DNA from: an uncultured Oscillospiraceae bacterium
GTDB taxonomy: Bacteria > Bacillota > Clostridia > Oscillospirales > Ruminococcaceae
Direction: 5' to 3'
Assembly: GCA_949745795.1 (NCBI GenBank)
Contig: CATKAZ010000110.1
Span: forward strand, 10,723 to 74,722
DNA length: 64,000 nt
In this document: piece after piece, positions 9,327 to 19,601 of the stretch
Position numbering within the stretch: position 1 is the stretch's first letter
Layout: each line of letters begins with the position of its first letter
Notes under the pieces: model-generated
Told to the model about the DNA's origin: nothing
Database searches by the model: none
The model's input: only the letters and a program-made list of their open reading frames with translations
Program-made: the position numbers and the translations under genes

Positions 9327-10856
9327 TCAAACATATCTGCCTATAATTTCCCTTAAAACATCTTCCTTTTCAACAGCAAACTGTTCATAGCTCATACCGG
9401 ATTCAGTAACTGCTTTTCCAAGTTCAACAATAAATTTAGGAATATCATCAAAAGTTATAACACCCAGCTCATCTCCGAAATTTTCGTACCCTTGTTTATC
9501 ATTTCCTCTGATTGATATTGTAAAACCGGGTAAAGCTTTTTTATCAATCATTTTTACTTTTCCATGAAATCCGATACTGCCGATCTGATGAGTACCGCAT
9601 GACGATCTGCATCCGCTTATATGAAGCACCGGTAAAGCATCAGCAGGAAAATTATAAGGCTTAACCGTATCAATAATTTGTTTTAAAATCTCCTGCGAAT
9701 CACGCAGTCCCTGCTGACATATAGAAGCTCCGATACATGCAACCGATTCTTCAATATTTGTTTGAGCGCCATACTTTGTGGCATTAAGAACCTGTTCTGT
9801 TTCTTTTCCGTCACAGTTAATAATATAAACCGTTTCATCGGGTGAAATGCGCAGTGAAACCTCAGGCATATCCTTTATCGTATTAAATAAGCTTTTAAGA
9901 ATATTTATATTTAAATTTCCGCCAATCGGATGAAATTTTACAGCATACAATCCTTTTTGTTTCTGTTCTATAACCCGTCTTGAATTTAATTCAGTTTCAT
10001 AACCTGTTTTTAAAATCTTATTTTCAGTTACAATACAGTCAAGACCGCCTTCATCTAAAGCTTGTTTTAGCTGAACATTAAATAATTCAGTAAATTTATC
10101 GCCTAATTCATCTTGAATATAACGTGTACGGGCCTTTGAACGTACTTCATAATTTCCATATTTACAGAAAAAGCTAATCATTGCTTTAATATAGTAAAGA
10201 ACCTGTTTACCATCGATTTGTTCGGCAACCTTTACTCCCATACGTGGATTTGCACCCATACCTCCTGCGCAATATACATCAAATTTACCATCAGGACGGG
10301 AAACAAATCCCAGATCACGAAAGGTTGCATGTACGGCATTTGCAGGAGAATTGGAAAAACACACCTTTAATTTTCTTGGCATTTTAACACTTTCGATCTG
10401 ACTTATAAGATATTCAGCGGCCTTTTGAGCATACGGAAAAACATCAAAGTTTTCATTTTTTTCCACTCCCGAAAGCGGCGATACCATAACATTTCTCGGA
10501 AAATCTCCTCCGCCGCCGATACAATAAAATCCATTTTCTATTGCTTCTGTCATAACGTCTGCAATAATATTAAAAGGTAAGTTATGCAATTGCAGTGTCT
10601 GACATGTTGTACAGTGAATATGATTTATTTTATACTTTTCACATAAATCAATTAAAAATCTTAACCTTTCTTTTGAAAGCTGCCCGCCTGCAATACGCAG
10701 TCTTAGCATTCCTGCTGTTGCACCTCTTTGGGCATAGCTGCCGAATTTTCCGGAAAAACTTTTGTATTCTGATACATTTATTTCTCCCTTACTGAATTGT
10801 TCGGATTTTTCACGAAATTCTTCTATCTGCTCTTTAAGCTTTTCATCCATATACAT
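9327..10856 (-). CDS. Nitrite/sulfite reductase family protein (siroheme/4Fe-4S, ferredoxin-dependent type)
   Basis: 509 aa with duplicated NIR_SIR-like halves. The cluster-binding cysteine pattern is CIGASIC (CxxxxxC) plus SGCRSSCG (CxxxC). Confidence 0.75.
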   Translation of the reverse strand: MYMDEKLKEQIEEFREKSEQFSKGEINVSEYKSFSGKFGSYAQRGATAGMLRLRIAGGQLSKERLRFLIDLCEKYKINHIHCTTCQTLQLHNLPFNIIADVMTEAIENGFYCIGGGGDFPRNVMVSPLSGVEKNENFDVFPYAQKAAEYLISQIESVKMPRKLKVCFSNSPANAVHATFRDLGFVSRPDGKFDVYCAGGMGANPRMGVKVAEQIDGKQVLYYIKAMISFFCKYGNYEVRSKARTRYIQDELGDKFTELFNVQLKQALDEGGLDCIVTENKILKTGYETELNSRRVIEQKQKGLYAVKFHPIGGNLNINILKSLFNTIKDMPEVSLRISPDETVYIINCDGKETEQVLNATKYGAQTNIEESVACIGASICQQGLRDSQEILKQIIDTVKPYNFPADALPVLHISGCRSSCGTHQIGSIGFHGKVKMIDKKALPGFTISIRGNDKQGYENFGDELGVITFDDIPKFIVELGKAVTESGMSYEQFAVEKEDVLREIIGRYV

Positions 10857-10906
10857 AACTCCTAATTTTAAAAGAGCGTTTTACCGCTCTTTTTTTTATT
10901 TATTAT

Positions 10907-13216
10907 TTACATATATTCTACTTTTATTTCACCATTCTCAGCAGAAACTCCAATACCTGCAATTGTTCCGGATTTTTCAATTATAATATCCGCAACCTTA
11001 TTTTCTATTTCCTGTCTGATAACTCTTCGGATGTCCCTTGCTCCATAACTCTTACCAAAAGCCATTTTTGCTATCAGTTCAAGAGCTTTATTGTCATATT
11101 TGAAAATAATATTTTTTTCTGCCAACGGTTCTTTCATTTCATCAAGCATAAGTCCTGCAATAGAAGCAAAATTTTCTTCGGTTAATGGTCTGAATACAAC
11201 GATCTCATCAATTCTGCTAATAAATTCCGGTCTGAGAAATTCCCGAAGAGACTTCATTGCTTTTTCTTTAGAAATATCTTCAGCAGACTTATTAAATCCC
11301 AAACCTGTTGTCTTATCTGTAGATCCTGCATTAGAAGTCATTACAATAATTGTATTTTCAAAGTTAACAGTTCTTCCTTGCGCATCATTAATTTTGCCTT
11401 CGTCAAGAATCTGAAGAAGAATATTCATAACATCCGGATGCGCCTTTTCTATTTCATCAAAAAGTACCACTGAATACGGCTGTCTTCTTACTTTTTCAGT
11501 AAGCTGCCCTGCTTCATCATAACCCACATATCCAGGAGGAGAACCAATCATTCTTGCAACTGAATGTTTTTCCATGTATTCAGTCATATCAAGTCTGATG
11601 AGAGGTTCTGTAGAATCAAAAAGTTCTCTCGATAAAACCTTTACCAATTCTGTCTTTCCGACGCCGGTAGGACCTACAAATATAAACGATGCCGGTCTTC
11701 TTCTCTTATTAAGCTGAACTCTGGTACGCTTAATTGCCTCCGACAGCAGTTTTACTGCTTCGTCCTGACCTACTATATGTTCTTTCAGATTCCCCTCAAG
11801 CTTAGCCATTTTTGAAAATTCTGATTCGGCAATTTTAGTTGACGGAATACCCGTCCAAAGTTCAATAACCTTTGCAAGATCTGTTTCCTGAACCTGAATA
11901 TTAGAGGTAACCTTTTCAAGCTCTTCCAGTTCGGCTTTAACACGGATAATATCCCCCTTAACTTCTGCAAGCGCTTCATAGTTAGGTTCTTCTGCTTCCT
12001 CTAAAGATTTTTCCATTTCGAGCAGAGTTTTCAGTCTTTTTGATTCCTCATCATGCTTTGCCAATTCCGGAGTACGAATACATGTACACGCACAGCTTTC
12101 ATCAAGAAGGTCAATTGCCTTATCAGGCAAAAATCTATCCTGAATGTATCTTTCAGACAGTACTGCACACATTCTTATAAGTTCATCACTTATTTGTACC
12201 TTATGATAAGCTTCATAATATTTCTTTATTCCCTTTAAAACTTCAACTGTGTCATCAACAGTAGGTTCGTTTATAGTTACAGGCTGAAAACGCCTTTCAA
12301 GTGCACTGTCCTTTTCAATATATTTTCTGTATTCACCGAATGTTGTAGCACCGATAACCTGTACCTCTCCGCGTGACAGCGCAGGTTTTAAAATATTTGC
12401 CGCATTCATAGAACCCTCTGAATCACCTGTACCCACAAGATTATGAACCTCATCAATAAACAGAATAATATTCCCTTCAGACTTAACTTCATTTACAAGT
12501 CCCTTAACACGGCTTTCAAACTGTCCTCTAAACTGAGTTCCGGCTACAAGAGAAGTAAGATCAAGCAAATAAACTTTTTTATCAGTAAGATTAAAAGGTA
12601 CGTTTCCTTCAACAATTCTCTGAGCAATACCTTCGGCAATGGCTGTTTTACCTACACCCGGTTCACCAATCAAGCAAGGATTATTTTTTTGTCTTCTTGA
12701 AAGAATCTGAACAACTCTTGAAATCTCTTTGTCACGACCTATAATATTGTCAAGCTTTCCGTCTTCTGCCCTCTGATTAAGATTTGTACAGTAATTGTCA
12801 AGGAATTTAAGTTCCTTTTTCTTTTTATTTTTGTCCATACTTTTATGAGCTTTGGAATTTGCAAAACCGGACTTCTTTTCTGCCGGAGGATTTTTCTTAT
12901 CATTGTTCTGTTCTGAAAGTGCAGCTTTTAATCCGCTTAATCCTGCATTATCCAACATATTCTGTATGTAAGGCGGTAATGTTTCAGCGCCTCCCATTTC
13001 AAATCCATCGCCGTCCAATATTTCCATCATCTGATCTGACATCTGCTCAAGATCTTCATCGGAAATACCCATTTGTTCCATATATTCAGAAATTTGAGGA
13101 ATATTAGCCTCCTTTGCACAAACCATGCAAAGTCCCTCATTCTTTTTTTCATTTCCGTGCATTGAAGTAATGAAAACAACCGCTGGCCTCTTTTTACATC
13201 TGCTGCATAATACCAT
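10907..13216 (-). CDS. ClpC/ClpA-family AAA+ unfoldase with a non-canonical zinc-ribbon N-terminus
   Basis: 769 aa with two Walker A motifs (GEPGVGKTAI and GPTGVGKTEL), a coiled-coil middle domain and an LGF loop (TTGLGFNKS). The N-terminus has CSRCKK...x24...CMVCAKE in place of Clp_N repeats. Confidence 0.85.
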   Translation of the reverse strand: MVLCSRCKKRPAVVFITSMHGNEKKNEGLCMVCAKEANIPQISEYMEQMGISDEDLEQMSDQMMEILDGDGFEMGGAETLPPYIQNMLDNAGLSGLKAALSEQNNDKKNPPAEKKSGFANSKAHKSMDKNKKKKELKFLDNYCTNLNQRAEDGKLDNIIGRDKEISRVVQILSRRQKNNPCLIGEPGVGKTAIAEGIAQRIVEGNVPFNLTDKKVYLLDLTSLVAGTQFRGQFESRVKGLVNEVKSEGNIILFIDEVHNLVGTGDSEGSMNAANILKPALSRGEVQVIGATTFGEYRKYIEKDSALERRFQPVTINEPTVDDTVEVLKGIKKYYEAYHKVQISDELIRMCAVLSERYIQDRFLPDKAIDLLDESCACTCIRTPELAKHDEESKRLKTLLEMEKSLEEAEEPNYEALAEVKGDIIRVKAELEELEKVTSNIQVQETDLAKVIELWTGIPSTKIAESEFSKMAKLEGNLKEHIVGQDEAVKLLSEAIKRTRVQLNKRRRPASFIFVGPTGVGKTELVKVLSRELFDSTEPLIRLDMTEYMEKHSVARMIGSPPGYVGYDEAGQLTEKVRRQPYSVVLFDEIEKAHPDVMNILLQILDEGKINDAQGRTVNFENTIIVMTSNAGSTDKTTGLGFNKSAEDISKEKAMKSLREFLRPEFISRIDEIVVFRPLTEENFASIAGLMLDEMKEPLAEKNIIFKYDNKALELIAKMAFGKSYGARDIRRVIRQEIENKVADIIIEKSGTIAGIGVSAENGEIKVEYM

Positions 13217-13259
13217 AACATATACACCTTTCTCTATATTTATAAGTTACCAAATTTCT

Positions 13260-14150
13260 CTATAAAAATTTATAAAAATGTCTGAAAATTTTAGTCTGTT
13301 CCACTGCATTTATACTTATAAACGAACTGTCACTTTCAGAAATATTTATCATCATTTTTACAGCCACTGCTATTATCATAATTACCGCTGCTGCTTCAAC
13401 AATACCTAAAATACCTCCGGCAAATTTATCAAGTCTGTCATACCCGTTAAGCAATCCAAAATTAACGGTTCTGTTAATAACAATTATTATAACAGTCATA
13501 AGAATGAAAAATACTATAAGGAAAACAGCTGCGTTTATAATTCGTCTGGCAGGTTCTCTTATGTAATTTTCCTCAATAAATTCAGGTACCTGCTTCGGAT
13601 GATTCATCAGCATATCTATCATTGAATTAAAAAGCTTTTCATTATTACAGATATTTTCTGTAATTTCATTTACAACATAAGGCGGAAGATTTATACCTAT
13701 CTGTTTTGCAAATGCGTCAGCAAAGCCATTAATTATGTCTGTGTTAAATACATCAGGTGCGCTGACGATATTTCCCGCCTCATTGTTTGCATAATCATAT
13801 AATTTTTTAATACTGTTTCCGCTTTTTAAAATTGCTTCGATCTTATCATTACTCAATACTCCGGAAAGTTCATTGTTTTCGATTATTGTTTTTATTACGT
13901 CCTCCGGCTGATAATCTTCAAGAGTTTCCTGAACAGCTTTAATATTACTTTTCATAAAAAACTTGTTATATATAAAATCAGTAGTCTTTCTGCTTACAAG
14001 TAAAGCAACCGCTATTGATGCTACACAACCCAGTGCTGTAATAATTATTTTTGAAAAACCTTTTCTGGCACCGCTGCAAACAAAAAATATAATCACAACA
14101 ACCGATACAATATCATATATCCACCAGAATTTTTCTCCCATTTTGTTCAA
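13260..14150 (-). CDS. CvpA-family-like membrane protein
   Basis: 296 aa. The N-terminal TM pair carries the ARKGFSK motif typical of CvpA. A soluble insert and C-terminal TM helices follow. Confidence 0.5.
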   Translation of the reverse strand: MNKMGEKFWWIYDIVSVVVIIFFVCSGARKGFSKIIITALGCVASIAVALLVSRKTTDFIYNKFFMKSNIKAVQETLEDYQPEDVIKTIIENNELSGVLSNDKIEAILKSGNSIKKLYDYANNEAGNIVSAPDVFNTDIINGFADAFAKQIGINLPPYVVNEITENICNNEKLFNSMIDMLMNHPKQVPEFIEENYIREPARRIINAAVFLIVFFILMTVIIIVINRTVNFGLLNGYDRLDKFAGGILGIVEAAAVIMIIAVAVKMMINISESDSSFISINAVEQTKIFRHFYKFL

Positions 14151-14163
14151 ACACTCCGTTTCA

Positions 14164-15345
14164 TTATCCTTTATATTCCATTCTATCTATTCTATCATAT
14201 CCCAACAAGAAAATATAATCATCAATTAATATAAATTTTTCATATGAGCTTTCGGAATTTATATTTTTTTCTCCGCCGCCCTTAAATTCATATTTTATTA
14301 TACCTTCTTTTGTCATCACCAAAACCTTTCCGTCGGATAAGCGTATACATTTTGCACTGCCATTTGAAAATTCATTTTGATTGGGTTCTCTTTTTTCGCT
14401 GTCTATAGTAGTAAAATAATTCTGACGCTTAATTTCATTTTCAAAAAGCATTACTATTTTACCGTTTCGATAATCCCAGTCTGTAAGCCTGCTTGGATAG
14501 TCATATGACGTTAAAAATTCTCCTTTACTATTATAATATGCACATTTAGTATCACCGAGTACAAGTATACTGTCTCCGTCATAATATGTTTTCAGACACA
14601 TTGTATTCAATACATCTGAAATCCATTTATCTTTTTTCGAATCAAATGAAACAGAAATAATTTTTGATATAATCTCACCATTAGCAGCATCACTCGTAGC
14701 AAGAATACATCCTGTTCCATTTTCATTGAATGTAAGATCAGTAACTCTTTCAACGCAATTTCTGCTGTAAATTTCTTCACCTGATTCATCAAAAACGGTA
14801 AGCTTACATGCATATGTATCAGATGTTGTAATAACAGCAACATTACCATTATCACTAATTCTGGCAAAAATGATATTTTTATCCATTTTTTTAGTATAAA
14901 GGTTTTTCCTTTTATTGTCAATCCTAAATCTGTTTCCACCGGATTCATATATCAATAATTTTTTTCCAGCTGTTTGGAGCATTGCATTTGCATAAGCATG
15001 CTGACGTTCTTCATAAAGTTCACCGTCATCAGTGTAGATATAAATATAAGCGTCACTTAATATAGTAAGATAACCGTTTAGATTTCCAACCTGATAATCA
15101 ATTCCACCGGAAATACTCAATGGAAAATTTTCTCCCGAAAACTCCCCATTACTTGATTTTACACTTTGAAACTTGCTGCCGATACCCTCAAGTCTCGGAA
15201 ACCAAACATCTCTTTTGATATACAAACCGAAAATGACTGATGCCAGCAGAATAAAGGCTGTAAATTTAGCCATTTGCCTTCGGCGTTTTCTTCGCCGTCT
15301 CAAAAGAACTATGTCAACATCTTTTATATTTTTTTCCATTAGCAA
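14164..15345 (-). CDS. Membrane-anchored hypothetical protein, probably a repeat or beta-propeller ectodomain (DUF5711-like)
   Basis: 393 aa with a basic N-terminus (RRRRKRRRQ), a single TM helix and a beta-rich body. The family assignment is from memory only. Confidence 0.4.
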   Translation of the reverse strand: MLMEKNIKDVDIVLLRRRRKRRRQMAKFTAFILLASVIFGLYIKRDVWFPRLEGIGSKFQSVKSSNGEFSGENFPLSISGGIDYQVGNLNGYLTILSDAYIYIYTDDGELYEERQHAYANAMLQTAGKKLLIYESGGNRFRIDNKRKNLYTKKMDKNIIFARISDNGNVAVITTSDTYACKLTVFDESGEEIYSRNCVERVTDLTFNENGTGCILATSDAANGEIISKIISVSFDSKKDKWISDVLNTMCLKTYYDGDSILVLGDTKCAYYNSKGEFLTSYDYPSRLTDWDYRNGKIVMLFENEIKRQNYFTTIDSEKREPNQNEFSNGSAKCIRLSDGKVLVMTKEGIIKYEFKGGGEKNINSESSYEKFILIDDYIFLLGYDRIDRMEYKG

Positions 15346-15367
15346 TATGTCCCCTTAAAATGTTTGC

Positions 15368-16102
15368 TCAATAAAAAATTTTATTTAGATAAAGCCCATG
15401 AGGCTGTGCTGTTTTTCCGGCAAGCTGTCTGTCTCCGGAAGATATAATACTTCCTATATCATTCACCGAAATCTTTTTCTCATTTACCGCCAAAAGAGTT
15501 CCAACCATGATCCTAATCATATTATACAGAAAACCGTCGCCTTTTACAAGCATTTTCACCGATTCACCATTAATTTCTACATCAAATTTGAAAATTGTTC
15601 TTGTAGTGCTTTTTTTTTCATCACACCCGGAACAAAATGCCCGAAAATCATGAGTTCCCACAAAATTCTTTGCAGCTAGACGAATCAATTCGATATCCAA
15701 AGGTCGTCTGTAATGATATGCAAGGTCTGTTGTAAAAGGATTTTTACTCTCGCTGTTATGAATCATATAAATATATTCTTTTGCTTTGCATGAAAATCTT
15801 GCATGAAAATCAAGCGGAGCGTCTTCACATTCCAAAATTGAAATATCCTCAGGCAGTCTGCCATTTACTCCTCTAATAAAGTTTCTGGGGGGTATTTTAC
15901 TTTCAGTCAAAACCGAAAAGCAATAATTATTAGCATGTACCCCCGTATCGGTTCTTGAACAGCCGTTAATAATAACCTTTTCATTAAGTACAGAGGAAAC
16001 ATGTTTCTCCACAACTTCCTGAACTGTCAGGGCATTTTCCTGACGCTGAAAACCGTGATATTTTGTTCCCCTGTACGCCATCATTACTTTAAGATTCCGC
16101 AT
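15368..16102 (-). CDS. truA: tRNA pseudouridine(38-40) synthase
   Basis: Catalytic motif GCSRTDTGVHA. The N-terminus MRNLKVMMAYRGTKYHGFQ matches the usual TruA start, so I prefer the ATG at 16102 over the ORF-track start at 16120. Confidence 0.9.
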   Translation of the reverse strand: MRNLKVMMAYRGTKYHGFQRQENALTVQEVVEKHVSSVLNEKVIINGCSRTDTGVHANNYCFSVLTESKIPPRNFIRGVNGRLPEDISILECEDAPLDFHARFSCKAKEYIYMIHNSESKNPFTTDLAYHYRRPLDIELIRLAAKNFVGTHDFRAFCSGCDEKKSTTRTIFKFDVEINGESVKMLVKGDGFLYNMIRIMVGTLLAVNEKKISVNDIGSIISSGDRQLAGKTAQPHGLYLNKIFY

Positions 16103-18782
16103 CAGACTTCTCCGTTTCACATTTTGAAACCTTTATTGTTTTTCTGTATTTTTTCTCCAGAACCCAAAGCGCTGCTAATACAATAACAGAACCCGCGGTA
16201 ATTAAAGCGCCAACTGCAAATCCCGGCGGACAATATTTAAATCTGACTTCATGATCTCCGGCAGTAACCGGTACGCATACTACCGCATTCTTCAACGGAG
16301 TTACTTCAGCCTCTTCTCCGTCTATATAAACCTTCCATCCGCCGTCATAAGGAATTGATGTATAAAGGATACTGTCCTTTTCAGCGGTAAAAGTACCGTT
16401 AATTTCAGTATCACTATAGTCTGAAACATTAATCCCTCCCTTAGCAAGCTTTTCAATACCCTGCCTTAGAAGCTCTTCGTTTGCCTGATAAACAAATGCT
16501 TTACCGTTACCGCTTTTTTCTTTATCAACATTAGCATATAAAGTTATTACATCTCCGGCTTTAAAAGTACCTATTGCCGTTACATTTTTATATTTCTGTT
16601 TTCCGAAATTATGAATCACAGCATTTCCCTGTTTAATTTGAAAACCGTTTGTATTATCAAAGAAAAATACTGCATATACAGGTCCGTCAGCAGGTACAGT
16701 ATAATTATATTTTACATAACAGTCGTTACTGCCGTCTTCCGGCTTATTATACTGATAACTATAATTTCCGACAGACTTTTTAACAACATTAAGTCCCTTA
16801 TGTCCCACATCCTTTATATCAACTGCTGTAAAAACATCGCCATCAAGACCTGTTGCCAATCTGAAAAGTTCATTCTGATTTTCAATCTGTTCCTTGGATT
16901 CTCCCAAATAATCCATAATTGACGTATCCGCTGCAAAGCCTATCGGCAAATAAGCATTATTTTTATAAAGCTTTACAGTACCCTCATTTATAACCTCATC
17001 AAGAAAAACCTCATCTCCGGAATATCCATCATGCGCCATAAGATATTTAATATTTAAAAATGCGTTGATAACCGGAGTAGACTGAGTATAGTAATATCTG
17101 TTTCCGGCAGCTGACGCCATAAGTCCAAGACCTTCAAGAAATCTTGTAACGCTTACGTTAGCAGTTGATGAAAATTGTGAAATTCCTTTAAATCCGTAAA
17201 GTGCCGGATCATTTATGGTATACGTTGAAGTCAGTTCTGTACGATAAAATTCATTGTCATTTCTTTCAGTGTAATCAATAAGCGATTGGATTTCTTCATT
17301 ATTTTTAGGGTAAATACTATAAGTTGTAGTAGTAACAGTAGAAACACCGTTATAAGCATTTATACCCATTTCCACCGCACATACCGCACAAATCATATAT
17401 CTCATAACATTTTTGCCGATAATTTTTCTTTCATAAATAAACATTACAATAACATATACAAAACATGTTATCACACTGTAAATCAAAGTTTTTTCAGTCT
17501 GATCCCTGTATGCGGCAAGTGCAATAATAAACGTCATTGCGGAAAGCGCCAAAACATCAAAAATTTGTATATCATCAATCATTACCGTAAATGCTCTATA
17601 CGCTGCCGCAACAAGTATAAACGAGAAAATAAATGAAAATCTATAAGGAATCATATTGGTAAAATGAAATCCATGCCATATATAATTCAAGATATTCATA
17701 TTACAGCTTACAATTATAAACGAAAGATATAACACTGTTATAATCTTTTCTCTTATTTTAATTTTTCTGTTTATTATAAAAACTCCCAGAAGAATTACAG
17801 CAAACATACCGCAATATAGATTAGGCAAGCCTTCCTTTGCAGTCGGCTCATGATAACCGATCATGTTTGAAATCATTTTCAGCCACGGTTCATAAAAAGA
17901 TATTATTTCAGGAAATTTATTATCAACACTGTTAGTAAGCTGAAGCGCCATATAAGCCGGAAGCAGTATAAATGCTCCTAACCCCAGTCCGATCACAGTC
18001 GCACCGGCTATCTGTCCGAGGCGAATAAAAGTTCCCTTTATTCCCTGCCACTGAATTATTGCGGCAGCAGCAAAAACCATAACAGTAAAAATACATGTAA
18101 AAAGTCCGATATAAAAATTTGCAATAAGAGAAAGAGCAAGGGAAACAGCATAAAGCTTATATTTTCCTTCCCTTACAATTAAAATAGTACCCAATACAAC
18201 AAGCGGCAGCAGTGCTACAGTATCTATCCAAATAAGATTCCAGTAATATCCCATTATATAGCTGCACAATGCATAGAATAATGAAAATCCAACAATCGAA
18301 ATATCATTTCTTTTAAACGTATGCTTTAAAAATACAGCAAAAAACAATCCTGCACAGCCGATTTTAACAGTAAGAAATAAAGTCATAGCATCTCTGGAAT
18401 ATTCAATAGGAAAAAGCACAGCAAGCAGATTTAACGGACTTGCCGCATAATATGACATTACAGAAAGGAAATTTGTGCCCATTCCGGTATTCCATGAATA
18501 AAGCAATGACGAAAGACTTTGCAGTTTTTCATGTTCTTCCTTAAAAAACGGAAAGTACTGATGCCAAAGATCAGTTACAAGAATTTGTTTGTCCCCAAAT
18601 GGATGTACCTCAAAATGAGAGAACATTATCCAAATCAAAATAAACGGCACTAAAAAAGAAAGTATTAAAAAAGCTCTTGTTTCGCCTTTTTTATCATACA
18701 ATAAAATATCTATAAATCCACGCTTTCCGCCTAAAGAAAGTCTATTGGATTTCTTCCGTACAGAATTCTGTTTATTACCCAT
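16089..18782 (-). CDS. YfhO-family polytopic membrane protein (putative GT-C glycosyltransferase)
   Basis: 897 aa with about 14 TM helices at the N-terminus, a large extracytoplasmic domain and a final C-terminal TM. It is a paralog of 51567-54008. Confidence 0.75.
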   Translation of the reverse strand: MGNKQNSVRKKSNRLSLGGKRGFIDILLYDKKGETRAFLILSFLVPFILIWIMFSHFEVHPFGDKQILVTDLWHQYFPFFKEEHEKLQSLSSLLYSWNTGMGTNFLSVMSYYAASPLNLLAVLFPIEYSRDAMTLFLTVKIGCAGLFFAVFLKHTFKRNDISIVGFSLFYALCSYIMGYYWNLIWIDTVALLPLVVLGTILIVREGKYKLYAVSLALSLIANFYIGLFTCIFTVMVFAAAAIIQWQGIKGTFIRLGQIAGATVIGLGLGAFILLPAYMALQLTNSVDNKFPEIISFYEPWLKMISNMIGYHEPTAKEGLPNLYCGMFAVILLGVFIINRKIKIREKIITVLYLSFIIVSCNMNILNYIWHGFHFTNMIPYRFSFIFSFILVAAAYRAFTVMIDDIQIFDVLALSAMTFIIALAAYRDQTEKTLIYSVITCFVYVIVMFIYERKIIGKNVMRYMICAVCAVEMGINAYNGVSTVTTTTYSIYPKNNEEIQSLIDYTERNDNEFYRTELTSTYTINDPALYGFKGISQFSSTANVSVTRFLEGLGLMASAAGNRYYYTQSTPVINAFLNIKYLMAHDGYSGDEVFLDEVINEGTVKLYKNNAYLPIGFAADTSIMDYLGESKEQIENQNELFRLATGLDGDVFTAVDIKDVGHKGLNVVKKSVGNYSYQYNKPEDGSNDCYVKYNYTVPADGPVYAVFFFDNTNGFQIKQGNAVIHNFGKQKYKNVTAIGTFKAGDVITLYANVDKEKSGNGKAFVYQANEELLRQGIEKLAKGGINVSDYSDTEINGTFTAEKDSILYTSIPYDGGWKVYIDGEEAEVTPLKNAVVCVPVTAGDHEVRFKYCPPGFAVGALITAGSVIVLAALWVLEKKYRKTIKVSKCETEKSDAES

Positions 18783-18797
18783 TGATTTTGTCCTTCC

Positions 18798-19601
18798 TTA
18801 ATTCAATACATTAATAAATATAACTGAAGCCATAAAAAGAATTGCAATTCCAAGAGATACATAATCAGCAATACTGCTTTTTAACTGACGCATTTTTGTA
18901 CGTCCCTCTCCGCCTCTGTAGCATCGGCATTCCATTGCCGTTGCAAGCTCGCTTGCTCTTCTTACAGCAGACACAAAAAGAGGTATTATTATCGGTACAA
19001 TAGCTTTTACCTTATCCATTAATTTACTTCCGTCAAGGTCAACACCTCTTGCTTTTTGTGCAGAAATGATTTTGTCTGTTTCTTCTATGAGAGTAGGAAT
19101 AAATCTTAAAGCAATAGTCATCATCATGGCAAGATCGTGCACCGGAACTTTTATTTTTTTCAACGGACTCAACAGCCGTTCAATTGCGTCTGTAAGCGCA
19201 ATAGGTGAAGTTGTATAAGTAAGAAGTGAAGTTCCTGCAATGAGAAGAATTATTCTTACGATCATAAAAATTGTTGTATGAACAGCGGCATCAGTAATTT
19301 TAATAAATTTCCATTCAAAAAGCGGCATGCCTCCGGAAATAAAAAAAAGATTAAATACTGATGTAAAAAGAAGAATAGGTATTATAGGCCTTATACTTTT
19401 AATTATCATTTTTATCGGAATCAATGAAAGAATAAGCGCCATAGCAACAAATATCGCTCCAATTTCCAGACATATAACATGATCACCTATAAAAAGCATT
19501 GCAATAAAAATACCGGAAATAACTATCTTAAATCTGGGATCAAGCCTGTGAACTGTACTGTCGCCGGGAAAATACTGTCCTAATGTAATATCCTTAATCA
19601 T
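18798..19601 (-). CDS. ecfT: ECF transporter transmembrane component
   Basis: 267 aa membrane protein with the ...SAQKARG... coupling-helix motif. It lies directly downstream of two ECF ATPase genes with an ATGA overlap. Confidence 0.85.
   Translation of the reverse strand: MIKDITLGQYFPGDSTVHRLDPRFKIVISGIFIAMLFIGDHVICLEIGAIFVAMALILSLIPIKMIIKSIRPIIPILLFTSVFNLFFISGGMPLFEWKFIKITDAAVHTTIFMIVRIILLIAGTSLLTYTTSPIALTDAIERLLSPLKKIKVPVHDLAMMMTIALRFIPTLIEETDKIISAQKARGVDLDGSKLMDKVKAIVPIIIPLFVSAVRRASELATAMECRCYRGGEGRTKMRQLKSSIADYVSLGIAILFMASVIFINVLN

Noticed and set aside
9327-10856. Whether the nitrite/sulfite reductase-family gene next to the B12 riboswitch is CobG (precorrin-3B synthase)
   Set aside because: A terminator and a separate promoter lie between it and the riboswitch operon. 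CobG belongs to the aerobic pathway, which is not expected in a strict anaerobe, and the 509-aa two-module architecture fits an assimilatory-type sulfite/nitrite reductase. The adjacency is probably coincidental.
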